Made by a program: the position numbers and the translations under genes. From contig NMRA01000143.1 in NCBI GenBank assembly GCA_002633005.1, positions 315,402 to 379,401 on the forward strand: a DNA stretch of 64,000 nt, written 5' to 3'. The stretch is from Phoronis australis. Lineage: Eukaryota > Animalia > Phoronida. Positions 12,821 to 25,877 of the stretch are shown here, one piece after another; within the stretch, counting starts at the first letter, position 1, and each line of letters begins with the position of its first letter. The notes under the pieces are model-generated. The model made no database searches, had not been told where the DNA came from, and saw only the letters and a list, made by a program, of their open reading frames with translations.

Positions 12821-13107
12821 TTACAAATGTCGGTCCAACCTATACTCAACAATACCGTCTACCGTCAGTGGTGTACGATCATGCAGACTGTCGCGCAGGT
12901 AGATCGATGCGCGGCTATTTCTAACCGTAGCCGTTCTCGACATCTTCCGTGACGAGGCAGATGCATAGATATTGGTGTATTCTCGGAGAAGTGCATCGTC
13001 ATCATCCTCGGGATTAATTGTGTTGTTGCCATCGAAAGCGGCGGCTCCACCTTCATCTTTCGCGATGGCTGGTAGAGTTGTAGCCACTGGGTCCTCCACA
13101 TAACGTC
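12821..13107 (-). CDS. MFSD12: MFSD12 coding exon 11 (terminal; cytosolic tail GRYVEDP...EDDDDALL...RHL*)
   Basis: Acceptor ttttactcgcag. Phase 1 matches the exon 10 donor. Open to TAA at 12821. Sequence is not recognisably conserved, so the assignment rests on phase and position. Confidence 0.7.
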
Positions 13108-15324
13108 CTGCGAGTAAAATTAACAGAATTATGAAGACCACACAAGGCAGAAATGATTTCATGTTTAGATGTTCACTATTAGCATCCCAGAATGAAGTAC
13201 CAATAATGGGAGTTGGCAAGTGATAACGACCAGGGCAGGTTTTAGAGGCAAGCTTAAGAGTGCCAAAAATGTAAATCCGCCACTGAGAGTATACTTAGTA
13301 AATGAATACGAGCTCTAAGTCCCAACTTGTTACATACTCTTAATTTACAACTGACAAGAGCAAACATTATAGCAGTTAAAGACATGCCGCAATGGCAGAT
13401 CTGAAATTAATAGACAGGTACTAGGATACAAATTAAACAAATACCTAACACATCAAATTAAAAACATTAAATTTTTCAGTGTAATTTAACTGAGCAAATA
13501 CAGCGTCATAACGGACCCTACAAGGGTCAAAACAAAACCAGAGCTTAATTGAAACCGGAATACTGAACAAGAAAGCAGAACACAAGCAAACATCACAAAA
13601 CCAGAGACTAAGACAACAATTTTTAGGTATAAAGTAATAACTGGTGGTCAAGGGCGCGATACAATGTGTGGACGCCTTATTTAAAAGGCACGGGCGCGGT
13701 GTTCGGCTAATCCACTGCCCTGATTCTTGAACTGTTTGCCGGGGGCTACTTCAGCACTATGAAGAGCTGATGCCATTAATAAAGCATAGCAACAGGGTTA
13801 CTAACACATGCCTGGCAAAACAAAGGCTGCTCTAAACAGGGAAAACACACACAGACTAAACGACACAGGGGTGAACACACTGACTACAAGCTACATATTA
13901 AGCAATAAAGGTCAAAGGGCAAAATTGTTATATTAAGGTTACAGATTTTGACACAGCTGTCAATGGCACTAAGAGTACATACTGACCTGTTACATAAAGT
14001 CATAATTAAGCTGAATCACTACAAACAGGAATCGAAACAAATTCAGTACACTTTCTAAGCGCCAGCCAAGAATGCAAATCACAATTGATGGAACAGCTGT
14101 TCAGTGGCAGGGCTAAGCTTAATCCCACCACCATCAACTTAAACAGCCATCACATCGAGTATTGATAGGTTCAGAAATGCTTAAACTTGAATGGAAATTC
14201 TCAATAAACTGACGCATGCACGCATGGTATCTTAAAGACACCTGGCTTATTGTCAATCTTTGAGTCTACTAGGCATACCAAGAATATCCCAACTCAAGAG
14301 ACAGTCTAGTCAGCTTGACTAGGCTAGCCTTACCTGGCTACATCACATGTAATTGTAATCCAAAGCTGTAAACATGTTAGTTCCGATGTTAAAAGTACTG
14401 CAGTGCATGATCAATGTCCAGTTGCTTGACTGAGAAACTGTGTCATGACAAACAACTTAAAATATAGCACTGGATTAAAGAAAAGTTAAACTTGATAGTT
14501 CGAAAGAAACTGCATCATTTCCATTGAAGTGATGTGAGCTGGAATCACGCCAATGTTTCAACTCACCAAAATAGTAAAAAATCTGACATGTCTTGCACCT
14601 AATGACTAAATCATTGGTTTGACCTCCAGCGCATCATCCCCGACACCACGCAGAGATCTATGTTACCCTCAGCTTCATGAACCCACAATTGTGCTGGAGT
14701 GTTTACATTTTTTTACCCGAGATTTGCATGAGTAACCAAACTGTCTGATCACCCCAGCATCAGAATGAAGAGTGGAATGCAGGCAGTTGAATGGCAATGT
14801 AGCTAGAACTGTTAGTTAGTGACCTGCCAATAGTTATTGGGCAGGGTACACTACAATGCACCACTTATCAAAATATATGGAGGAGGATACGGCACTTCTT
14901 ATCACCTCGCCATACCACAGGGTTTAGTAGGGGGATATGGGACCTGTCACGCCATTGAGAATATATAGGACTCTAGAAAATCTTCAAATTTGGCTGTAAC
15001 AAAAATGCGATCACGACATAGTACACGTGTGGATGCATCAAGCAAAAATCCACGAACAAATTACAAGACGGTATACAAACCGTGAAAAACAACAAAACAG
15101 GAGGATAAAACATGTTGTGAGGATAAAACTATAAGTTCACAAACATGTTGTGTTTCACCTTAACTCATTCTGTTGACTCCTAGCTACAATGTTAGTGTAA
15201 AAAACACAAACTTCACCAAAGTCCGCACGGGAAGTATTGCCACAACCATGTAAAAACATCACGAGTTTGACAGAACCTTTAGTGAAAGTAGTTTTATTAG
15301 TTTATGTAGACTAGTGTCAATTTG

Positions 15325-16828
15325 AACAAGAGCAACGCAGAGCGTTGAAATGCGCCACAATTGCACCGTATACGGTATCCTTCTAGAGTTGTTTATTGGT
15401 ACCATAAAGTGGCCAGTAGAGGGCATATATGTAGTATGTTGTACTTTGCAAAATGGAAAGGCATGGTCATTGTCTCCTCAATAGGCTAGGGGCAAAATGT
15501 GAGTGATCTTCATAATACAAGCACATCCTATACATCAGTTGCTTAAAGCACCACAGAAACATAGAATTAAAAACAAATTTACCAACATACGAGATTAGCA
15601 CAGCATTAGAATGCCAGAAACAAATTTCTACTTGGAACTTTTCCTTCATAGTCACGAAGTAACACAAAGTATACACCTGAAGACCTATGAAAATACAGAG
15701 GTCAATGTAAAATACTAAAATTGCCACTAGAGGCATACCGGTAGTCAGAATCATCCTAAAGTCGTCATCGTCCGTTGTCAACATCACATAAATACACTTG
15801 CTAAATTTAGTAAAGATCCTGCAAACGGTTTGGGAGATACAGCCATGGGCGCAAAAAAAAAACTGCCACTAGGAGGCGCCACAGTAATCAAAGTCATGGG
15901 AAATTCAGCGTCAACCGTCCTCTTCATAGTAAGAACATACATGCCAATTTTCACAATCATACTTAGAGCGGTTTGGTTGATAGAGGGGTGGACGCCAAAA
16001 AACAGACTCAAAAACAGTAAAAATGGCCACTGGGTGTCGCAAACTAGGTCGAATCCATCCGAAAACGGGAGGATAGCGTCATCGCACTAATAGGTGCCTA
16101 CATACCAAATTTCATGAAAATCCGTTAAGGACTTGTGAAGATACAGACTTGGGTAAACGTAAAAAAATAAAATTGCCACTAGGGGGCACACTGGTAGGCG
16201 GATCCGTCCAAAAGTCGTCATCGTCTGTTGTTAACATCATATAAATGCACCTTTTAAATTTCGTAAAGATCCTGCGAACGGTTTAGGAGATACAGCCATA
16301 GGCGCAAAGAAACAAAACTGCCACTAGGAGGCGCCACAGAAGTCCAAATCGTCTGAAAATCATTGTCAGCTGTCCTCTTTATAGTAAGCATATATATGCC
16401 AATTTTCACAATCATCCTTTGAGCGGTTTGGTTGATAGAGGGGTGGATGCAAAAATACAGACTCGAAAACACTAAAAATGGCCACTAGGTGGCGCAAACT
16501 ATGTCGAATCCATCAGAAAACGGGAGGATAGCGTCACCTCACTAATAGATGCCTACATACCAAATTTCATGAAAATCCGTTCAGGACTTTTGAAGATACA
16601 AAGATAAGCGTAAAAAACTAAAATTGCAACTAGGGGGCACACCGGTAGTCAGATCCGTCGAAAGTTCGCACATGCCGTCCCATTCATGAATGGTACATAT
16701 GTGCCAAATTTCATGAATGTATGTCAAAGGGTTTTGGAGATAAAGCAGCGGACGCCGCCCGGACGGACGGACGGACGGAGGGAGATGACGGCATAATGTG
16801 TCCACATATAAATATGTGGGCGCATAAT
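15325..16828 (-). mobile_element. Complete non-autonomous Helentron-type (HINE/Pearl-like) element, copy B, in MFSD12 intron 10
   Basis: Subterminal inverted repeats ATGCGCCACA / TGTGGGCGCAT. Terminal stem-loop CAACGC-AGA-GCGTTG. Internal IR CCACATAT-AA-ATATGTGG next to a (GGAC)n microsatellite. Central tandem units of 142-161 bp. No TSD. Confidence 0.82.
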
Positions 16829-18014
16829 GAGATTAGTTGTAGAACAGGTTTACGAAAGTAAAACTGCCTACAAATACTCTTTTATTGTGAGTAAAGAGTG
16901 TGGACAATGTACACAACCGAAACACAGCAGAAACAATTTGATGGAGGAGACACTAAATCTATAGTAAGTTGACTAACTACTAACTAAAAGCTAAACAACC
17001 ACAACCAAACCCATGACTAAAAACATGGCAGTTAGTGCAAGAGCATTTAGAGATTGGTTAGGAAGAAACATGTAGGAAGCTGCATTACTTTTATTACCAG
17101 ACAGAAATTTTTGGGATTTTTTAGATTTGTAAACAATAAGGTCCAAGAAAGATTTTTAGACACTCAGCTTCTTATATTTTTCTTCCCACCTGAAATTGGG
17201 ATTCGGTTAATGCTCTTACATCATTACGACATTATGTAACGTTAGGTGAAAATGGTGAGTCACAACAGAGGTCAAACTGTACTGACCTTAGCTAGATGGT
17301 GTCATAGGTCATGACAAATACTACAAATAAATTTTAGATAAAACCATGGATTTCAAATAACTCATTGTCTAATAATCAACAGAAAAAATGCGACGAAATA
17401 ATAAGAAATGCAATTCCAATTGACATGTTTAGTGCTGGTGATCACATGATAAAGTAGTATCTAAAAGTGTCCATCTTGAAATTGAACAACACACAGTCTA
17501 AACGCCATTGTCGAGAATCTTTATGGTTGAATTAAGATAAAAAAATCATAGCAAAATTGGAATCTTCATCCAAAATTCAGTCGAGTAGAAATTTTAAACT
17601 ACAAAATGCAACATAAGATGAAGTCTATTTTGCAAAACAAAATGAAAATAAAACAAGCTGAAAATTCTGAAAGTATTATTCAAGAGCAATACCCGTGTTA
17701 CTGTCCTCGTACCAAACTTAGAATTCCAAAGAATCATCTTAACCCATAAGTGACTACTGTGACAGAAATAACATGAAATATTTTAGTAAGCCCAAATGAA
17801 TGTGGTGAGGGCAAGGTGAATTATCACACACCCTGTTCACCAACTAAAGAAAACAATACTATTTCAGCAATCGAAGCATTAAATGTCTTTCATAATAGAC
17901 TTTAAGAGATGAATTTCCATCTTTCACTTTATTTTCAGCTTTTGTACTATTCTTAAAAAAGTTAAAATTTAAGGAATTTTCGAGAACAGTAAGCGCCATC
18001 TGGTGTTAACCTAC

Positions 18015-18148
18015 CTTTCCTGCGTTTGCCAATTGTCTGTGGCCAGAGAACGAGAAGTGTGACCATGGCCACAAAGATCACTCCTCCAGGTACGTATACC
18101 ATCACTGAGCGGTAAAATCCGCTGCATGCTGAACAACATACCACACCC
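18015..18148 (-). CDS. MFSD12: MFSD12 coding exon 10 (GVVCCSACSGFYRSVMVYVPGG...IGKRRK)
   Basis: AG/GT boundaries, phases 2 and 1 consistent. C..C..FY..VM..V.GG is an MFSD12 signature. Confidence 0.92.
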
Positions 18149-19893
18149 CTGCCAATAAAACATCACCAAAGGTCACCACCAGAGGACACTAGTCATGCAG
18201 ATCACTTTTAAACTTTGGTAGTGTTGCAGGAATATATCAAAGTAACAGACAGTAATAACTTATTCACTGCAATTTCCTTGAGATGTTTTTTGGTTTTTTA
18301 AAGCATATACAATGTGTATGTAGTGAGAGGTTGAAAAGCCTGTAGGAAGACTTTTTTACAAATACGTTATGCACCAGCACCCAAGACAAAGTTGATACTT
18401 TACACTCAACAGACCCAGGACTACCTCTTGGAGTATCTGAGAAATGGAACACAACTGAAATTCCCATTTCTCTGCAATAAGTGGAGTATATTCAAGAATA
18501 ATCTGTTCTGATTTAGCAGCGACCACTAAACTGAGCTCTGTTACTTTTCTAAGATGCAGATTGAGTTGTAGCTGAACAAAATCTTAATGTACATTGACAA
18601 GAATGACAAGTTCACAATGCAAAGTGCATGGAGATTTAGTTAATAGCAAAAGCATTTTTAAGGTGTTTTCTAAATTCTACATTTATTATCACCATACAGT
18701 CATATTACATATGATGCAGGATTGGAGGATTTGCTTGATTCATCCAGTCTTGGCAACAATATCTGAGTCATTGTAACTGGTTCTCATTTCATTGCTACAG
18801 GTCAACAGACTGTGACTGTGATTTATTCAGGATCATCATTGCCTCATTTTAAGCTCATAATAATACAGTTGGGCAACGTAAGAAACTTAATGTTCAAGGA
18901 CTTTAAGTGCCAGAAGGCGGACAAGATATCAAACAGTTTATATGTCATCCATTTCCCGATGTCCAAAAAAACTGAGAAGTGAAGTTTGATAAAAAACATT
19001 TAGATATAAGATCTGTCATTAAAAAATATTGATTTCAGATAATTTTACTGATTCTTAACGGTGAGCTGCCCTAACTTTGAGTCATGTTTTTGACAGTTTT
19101 TGATGTAAACATGTGCTAGCATGACTGCTTCATTTCACATCAGAACCGGAAAGAAAAATCATCACAAATGAAATGACAAGTTCAGTCAATGATTTTCACA
19201 ACCACCGCTGACCAGTGACTGTTCATGCCAAGTGACCACCTGATTATACTGCGTATTACTGATTCATGCACATAATTTTTTTATTTACCTACTAGTAGCA
19301 GCTTCACTGAAAACACAGAAAAACAAATCAAGCAACAATCTATCGCATGCAGTCAGTCGCATTGTCTTCAACTTCCATTCAGTTCACAACTACTTAAAAC
19401 CACCTTTAAACTATTGAAAACTCACCACGAATAAATAGATCTGCTTTAACAGAGTGCAAACTTGCCAAATTTTGGTTTACATTCCAATAAGTAATTTCTG
19501 GCAGGTTCTTTTTCGCGCAAATGAAAAATTTACATGTTTTTTTTCAGCTTCTCTCCTCCGCAACCATTCTCAAACTGTATACACTCCTTGACTCCATATT
19601 CAAACCAAGCAGTGTATATATGAAAGAATTGAAAATCCATCTTTGAACCCAAGAGGAGGCTTCAGATTCAACCTGTCACACATGTGGGACAGGATTCCGA
19701 CTAAAGTTTCCCGCCGATTTTCTCAACTCCAACCGAATCCAACAGCGGCCACACAGGCTTGAAAAAGCCAACAGATGCTGGCACAACGTTGCCCTTTTAT
19801 CGCAATAAGTTCAGTAACGACTCATAATTTTCTGCGTATTATACTCACACTGAATGAGTCATGACATATAATACCAATTTTACATTTAATTTA

Positions 19894-20320
19894 CTGTAAG
19901 ATGTGTCCAGATCGAATAGTCCTGGAGCGTGTGATGTCACGATGAGTGTCGGTGAGTCTGATTGGTTGATTAATGTCTCAATGTATAATATTGTAAGATG
20001 TGTCCAGATGGAATAGTCCTGGGGCGTGTGATGTCACGATAAGTGTCAGGGAGTCTGATTGGTTGATTAATGTCTCAAAAATGTACAATATTGTAAGATG
20101 TGTCCAGATCGAATAGTCATGGGGCGTGTGATGTCACGATGAGTGTCGGTGAGTCTGATTGGTTGATTAATGTCTCAAAAATGTACAATATTGTAAGATG
20201 TGTCCAGATCGAATAGTCCTGGGGCGTGTGATGTCACGATAAGTGTCAGGGAGTCTGATTGGTTGATTAATGTCTCAAAAATGTACAATATTGTAAGATG
20301 TGTCCAGATGGAATAGTCCA
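19894..20320. repeat. ~100-bp tandem repeat, about 4.3 copies
   Basis: Units start TGTAAGATGTGTCCAGAT at 19894, 19992, 20092, 20192 and 20292. Confidence 0.92.
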
Positions 20321-21133
20321 GAACCCCTCCTCATAAAACACTCAACTGATATGAAGAGACTCTCTGATGATTGGTCTGGTAAATCTAATGGAATGTCTGT
20401 CCAAGGACCGTCATATACTCAGTCAATAACGATTATAGTGCTATCTGCGAACTGTCTCATGAAAACTGACTTACCATTTCGGACTAAAAATTTGTCTAAC
20501 TAAAGATCGAAATTCAGTCTAAGTTAAGAAAGGAAAAGTTTAATGAAATGGGCCCCAGAATCTCTCCTCTCTTTAAAAGTAAAATGACTGGAGCTCTCTA
20601 AATCCAATCCTTTTTGTGTTAAGAAATGCACGTGCCTAGATTTTGACTAATCTCCCCAATGTTCACAAAGTCACAGCAAGGCACGTTATACACAACATGA
20701 GCACAGCCATTAGTACACCTCTTGCCTTTAGGAATCAACCAATCAGACTCATCAACCCTCGCCATGACAACTGGCCCCAGCCCAACACAACACTAATCTG
20801 AGAATGGATGTTGATGAGACGGTCAGAAATGCATATCTCAGTTTTGGTCTGCACGAAAAAGAACCTACTCATTTAGTTTATGCATTACGGGTACATATGA
20901 GTCGACAGCAGATATGTCACATGCACGACTATTTGTTACTAAGTTGATTCATGCAAACAAGTTGGTGACTTTTTATCTATACCTAATCCCTATGTATTAA
21001 CTGTTGATTTCCAGCTTGGTACAAAACTATCTATTGTAAATCACCTGACAAATGACTTCACAAAAAAGTGACAATCATCAGACCCATTCTCCCTACTGAT
21101 ACATGTGGCGCCACCTATAATCAGTTTGCGTAC

Positions 21134-21228
21134 CTGCATGGATGAAGCTGTTGTACAATATTGACACCGACGCCATTAGACAGTTTGTCAGTGAAACTCA
21201 TGGCACCATAAACAAAAGCACCACTTTC
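21134..21228 (-). CDS. MFSD12: MFSD12 coding exon 9 ([22 protein letters not shown]...HPC)
   Basis: Conserved SGAFVYG.MSF.DK..NG motif. Canonical splice sites. Confidence 0.95.
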
Positions 21229-21532
21229 CTGTAACATCACCAACAAGACATTAACAATATGTTGTCTGCTGAAATATCGAAAAATATCTTACTCTTTGTG
21301 AGCATTTAATTCCTCTTCTACTGATCTAGTGAAGTAGGACATCACAGGACTACAGACTAGCAGTTCTCTAGACAACTGACTCTGTTTGATAGAATATTAA
21401 ATTTTGTGAACTGCAGAGTTTCTTAAATCTCAAAAGGCAGGCACTGTAACAAAGGAGACTTAACAGACTATAACAGATATCTTGAACAACTATTTGATCG
21501 AAATCAAGACGGCAATTTCAGGTGTGACTTAC

Positions 21533-21706
21533 AAAGTTTTCGCCGATCAGATCTGCAACAATGGCTAATGATGTGACCAGAATGGTGGACGTGCCAAACC
21601 CCAGGAGGGCGGCAGGGCCGAAGACCATGTATTTAAGAGAGACGGTCACAAAGTAGAACCATACACAACTGCCTGCACACAGACACAAGCCCAAGATGTA
21701 TGTCAC
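21533..21706 (-). CDS. MFSD12: MFSD12 coding exon 8 (VTYILG...LVTSLAIVADLIGENF)
   Basis: Conserved LVTSL...ADLIG motif. Canonical splice sites, 58 codons. Confidence 0.95.
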
Positions 21707-21895
21707 CTGGCAACAGAGAGAACAATCAGTTTAACTATTCACAATTTCACAATTTGAAGGAATTAAGAAATTTGAGGGCACTAACTAGATTCAAGAATTA
21801 AAAAAATAATGTTCATATTTAATTTTTACAGTGAAAAGGTCTTGGCAACACAGAACTACTAAGCAAAGAACAGGTATAGGCAACACAGAACTGCA

Positions 21896-22004
21896 ATGGG
21901 TAACGCAGCACTGAAAAAAGTGGGGGCTATAGCCCCCCTCCAAGCCCCCTGTGGTACACTGCCCATAGACCGCACAGCACTGAAAAAATGGTGCGTCACC
22001 CATG
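21896..22004. mobile_element. Short MITE of the CATGGGYGRCGCA-TIR family, inside a degenerate GGCAACACAGAACTGCTAA repeat tract
   Basis: ATGGGTAACGCA...TGCGTCACCCATG ends. Internal GCAGCACTGAAAAAAGT and GGCTATAGCCC are shared with the copies at 51402 and 52543. Confidence 0.55.
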
Positions 22005-22415
22005 CTGCTAACAGGGCCATGGCAACACAGACCTACTAACAGAAAACATGACCTGGCAGCACAGAACTGCTAAGCACAAGGCACATGACTTGACAACACA
22101 GAACTGATAACAGGGAACAGGTCTTGGAAACACAGAACGGCAATAGTCTGATATAACATCCCGTATTTTGACAACCTTATATCAGATCATTACATTACAA
22201 AACTGCTAAAAGAGAACAAAACTGGTAACATGGGGCACTATGTACCATTATCCTGGAGTGTAAAAAGCAAGAACTTTACACTATCAGGATCTAATCTAGA
22301 ATCACGCTCGATTAAACTTGTCAAGCAAGCCTTTTGTGTTGGTACACAATACTGCAGATTGTAAAATATTGCTTAACAGGGACATGTTTCCTTAGTTACA
22401 GTACAAATTACATAC

Positions 22416-22508
22416 CTTTTTCCCAAACTTTTTATTGAGCGGCCTCATCAGGAAGGTACCGATGATCCCGCACACAAATACGGTCAAGGGACAAATAGCA
22501 ATGAACGA
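22416..22508 (-). CDS. MFSD12: MFSD12 coding exon 7 (SFIAICPLTVFVCGIIGTFLMRPLNKKFGKK)
   Basis: Canonical splice sites, 31 codons, MFS loop motif. Missing from the ORF track because it is short. Confidence 0.93.
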
Positions 22509-22967
22509 CTGAAATACACACATAGACAAGGATTAACAATGGAAGAATTATGTGTTTGTTGAGACTCAAGACATGAATCTAGGTCTGCTAGACAAAATGC
22601 ATTTTGTTACCCAGCGAACCAATTTAGTTACAAAAAATGTAACTCAAGAACTTTTAACAACACGATTGCTTGACTTTTCCTTATCAGTGCTGGATCTATG
22701 ATTTTATTGATGAGGGGGTTACTTACTTGGTCTCAGTTACATAATGGCAAAAAGTGATTTGCCACAGAGGTAATTTATAAATGAGGGGTTTAAAACCCCT
22801 GACTCATAAATCTGCCCCTTTTATATGTCCACCACTTCTTGTAAATAAGAGCACTCCTGTAACAGCACTAAAATAGGGTAGGTAGCGCTCCACCCTGCTG
22901 CCTCAAGGTGGCGCTCCACCCCGCTGCCTCAAGCAAGAGAAGTCCTATCTAGCAAATAACCTCTTAC

Positions 22968-23060
22968 CTTGGACATTTCTAAAGTCTCTGTTAAGTACAT
23001 GGGCATGTAGACCTGTGTCAGATTCACAATGAGTCGAGTGCACATGTAGAGTACTGCCAC
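22968..23060 (-). CDS. MFSD12: MFSD12 coding exon 6 (VAVLYMCTRLIVNLTQVYMPMYLTETLEMSK)
   Basis: Conserved LYM.TRL.VNL.Q.Y motif. Canonical splice sites. Confidence 0.95.
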
Positions 23061-23546
23061 CTGTTGGAGACAGAGAATTGATATTCCAACATAAAATATT
23101 GATGGTATTTCAAAACACATTCTAAAAGACATATAATTAATCACCTCATTTACACATCCTGTGGGCTCTTTAATGGCAACCAAATGAATGTTCAAATTTG
23201 AGCATGCTTTTCCAACAATGTAGCAAAGATCATTTCACACACATATTTCTCAGGTGCATAAAATGGCACATCTTCCAAATATCCACCAGTCAATATAGTA
23301 AAACAAACGTTCACTGGTGACCAATAAAATATGCTAAGCTCGTTACTTTAATATGTTAACAATAAAACGACCACGTTTTGAAATTTCTCCATTTTCTGCC
23401 GATGTCAGTTGTCATATTTTATTTCAACGAAGATCACACAATCTTCAGTTGTCTCAGGATATTGGGAATATCATTTTGTTCATCAAATCCAAACTCTGCA
23501 GAAAGTAACTGAATTAGCAGACAAAATAGAGGTAAGCACAACTGGC

Positions 23547-23643
23547 AATAGTCTGATATAACATGCCAGAGAACCAGTTTGATGCCCGTTACTCAGTGGA
23601 GAAAACTGGTTCTCAAAATGCGGGCACGTTATATCACACTATT
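23547..23643. mobile_element. Short TIR element AATAGTCTGATATAAC...GTTATATCACACTATT
   Basis: 16-bp imperfect inverted ends. A shorter relative lies at about 22142-22191. The interior is found inverted at about 30310-30361. Confidence 0.5.
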
Positions 23644-24215
23644 ACGGTCCGCACAGGCCATCAAATGTAATGAGATCATCAGTGAGGATAAGCGTATAGG
23701 CGTGTATTCCAAAAATGAAAATTTTCCGGCGTTTCAGTAACACCAAAAAAAACACCAATTTATTCAGAAAGGGGGCATGCAAGCAGCAAGTCATAACCTT
23801 GGCTGATATGAAAATATCAGCAATTTTTTTGCATACAGCTGTGCTTTTTAATTTTAAGTTAATATTTAGTACTTCGCTAACACTTTATTTGTTTTTATAA
23901 ATTATAAATGCTCCTCAAAACTGAATTTGTAGCTAAAAGTTGACGCTGATTAGGCCTTTAAGAGGAATTTTTTTATGAATAAACGTCTCACTATCTGAAC
24001 ACTTGACACCAGAAGATTTAACACCATATCAACGCCCATGGGCCTTTATTCCACATAATTTTCATCGCGTAGGCTTATCAACGGAAAATCCCCGTATTTG
24101 TATCATTATCAAGCATGCCTTTGTATTTAGTCAAATATATAAAAATAACAATAATATAATTGCCTGTAAGCGATGAAGACTTACATTCAATTCGCGATGG
24201 CAGTACATCACTTAC

Positions 24216-24377
24216 CAAATAAAATTGCGGCTCTTTCAGCCAGCACTTCCAAGACATGGCCATCTTGGTCGCCAATGCCTGGTCATCGTCTAACGAGGGT
24301 GATCTCTCCTCTCGCGTTCCAATGTGGAAAATCAAACTGAATACAGCACCAATACCCACTCCAATAAGTGCAAGAGT
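24216..24377 (-). CDS. MFSD12: MFSD12 coding exon 5 (TLALIGVGIGAVFSLIFHIGTRE...WKCWLKEPQFYL)
   Basis: Conserved FH.GT.E and W..WL.EP.FY motifs. 54 codons, canonical sites. Confidence 0.95.
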
Positions 24378-24482
24378 CTGAAAGAAACCGCAGGAAAATA
24401 CCAAAAACGGGATGAGGAAAGCATTCAATGGCAATGTCATTTTGATTAATCCTTCAATTAAGCACCATCCAGTGGTTTAATG

Positions 24483-24678
24483 AGGGGGGTAGGGGAGGCG
24501 GGGGAAACAGGGAAGGGGAAGAAGGGCAGGGGAGGTGGGGCAGGGGAGGTCGGGCATGGGAGGCAGGGCAGGGGAGACAGGGCAGGGGAAGAAGGGCAAG
24601 AGAGGTGAGACAGGGGAGGCAGGTCAGGGGAGGTGGAGCAGGGGAGGTTGGGCAGGGGAGGAAGGGCAGGGGAGGCAG
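24483..24678. repeat. Purine-rich GGGCAGGGGAG low-complexity tract
   Basis: About 200 bp of almost pure G/A with many G3-G5 runs. Confidence 0.85.
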
Positions 24679-25768
24679 TTGTCCTTGAGCACCAACTGAA
24701 GGCAACAGATTCCAAACAATAACAAGAGTGAACAAAAGTAGCAAGGTTTTCTTTAGTGGCGATGGTGAACCCTCACTTGACAACAGTGTCACCCCTCATC
24801 ACCACCAATCTTGCCCTCCCTACATCACCAAGACAGTGCCTCTCAGGACTCATTAACTTATAACTGGAGGTCCACCATTTGTTGACTGTCTGTTGAGGAA
24901 AGTTACAGAAAGCATATTATATTATTCTGTTTCCTCACCCAAATGATGCTTATCTGAGCCAACAAGCCACTACAAGTTCAGGTCTCTTAACCAGTAGGGG
25001 ACTCTCCGCACCCCCTTCCCTGTCCTCGTTTTATACTCCAGTGAATACATGTCTCAAGATAAAGCAAACCAGTAAATTTTCTGGTTCAGAGATTTTGGAA
25101 AAAGGGTTTCCCTGACAGAGCACAGAAACAGAAGCAACCCCCCAAGGGAGCACACGCCTGAGAGTGCCCTCCCCCCAAGGAAGCACAAGTCTGAGATAGT
25201 GCCCCCTCCCCCGACAGAGCATCAACTAAGGGTCTTTCAGAAATTTTCAAAGAAAGTGTCCACAGCTGTCCCTTTATGAGTTCAATATAATGAACATTTT
25301 TTGAAACTTGATAATTATCTTTTTTGAAAGGGTACTCAGCCAATAAACTTCTAAAAAGCTAAAAATTGGTCAGGATGTAAATAACATGAAGTCATTCCCT
25401 GCACTTCTTGAACTCCATTAAGGCGCAGTAGTAAAGCTATGCCTTCTGTCAAAAAACTATTTCTGATTTAGACCACATTCTATGTTAAAGTTGGTCGGTC
25501 ACGCTGTTGGAAACTTGATTATCGTTCAGGAATACATTCATTCAACTTAAAATTTATTTTATGAGCATTTTTTATCAATTAAAGTGAAATATAGAAGGAA
25601 TATTTACACCATAACTGCAGTACACACCAAAAATAACAGGAAAAAAGACCCAGAATTCCCTGTTATGATGGGCGCTGAGTGCACTAGAGGAATTCGCCCT
25701 TGGAGTAGCATGTCGAGCAAACAGAATTCTGACATCAGAAACTGTATTAGACAAACCGAAGGACTCAC

Positions 25769-25877
25769 CCTAAACTGGGGTACATCATAGTAGCCCAACA
25801 CCTCTGTTCCACTGGTCTCGAGTAGGAAGAAGGTCAAACCATACACAATGATATTAGACAGAACTGTGAAGGCATAC
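25769..25877 (-). CDS. MFSD12: MFSD12 coding exon 4 (YAFTVLSNIIVYGL...DVPQFR)
   Basis: Conserved RYAFTV..NI.VY motif spanning the junction. Canonical sites. A second copy without the donor lies at 26726-26831. Confidence 0.93.

Noticed and set aside
14555-14660. Possible extra MFSD12 exon (catag acceptor, GTGAGT donor)
   Set aside because: Weak pyrimidine tract, and the phase-1 frame stops after 15 codons. The exon at 12821-13107 fits better.
15467-16805. Recurring ORFs such as MMLTTDDDDF... and ...APPSGSF (also at 3860 and 34140-34618)
   Set aside because: Chance frames in the HINE tandem units. They are broken differently in each copy and show no RepHel or transposase motifs.
24454-24792. 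Pro/Leu/Cys-rich ORFs
   Set aside because: Translations of the C-rich strand of a low-complexity tract.
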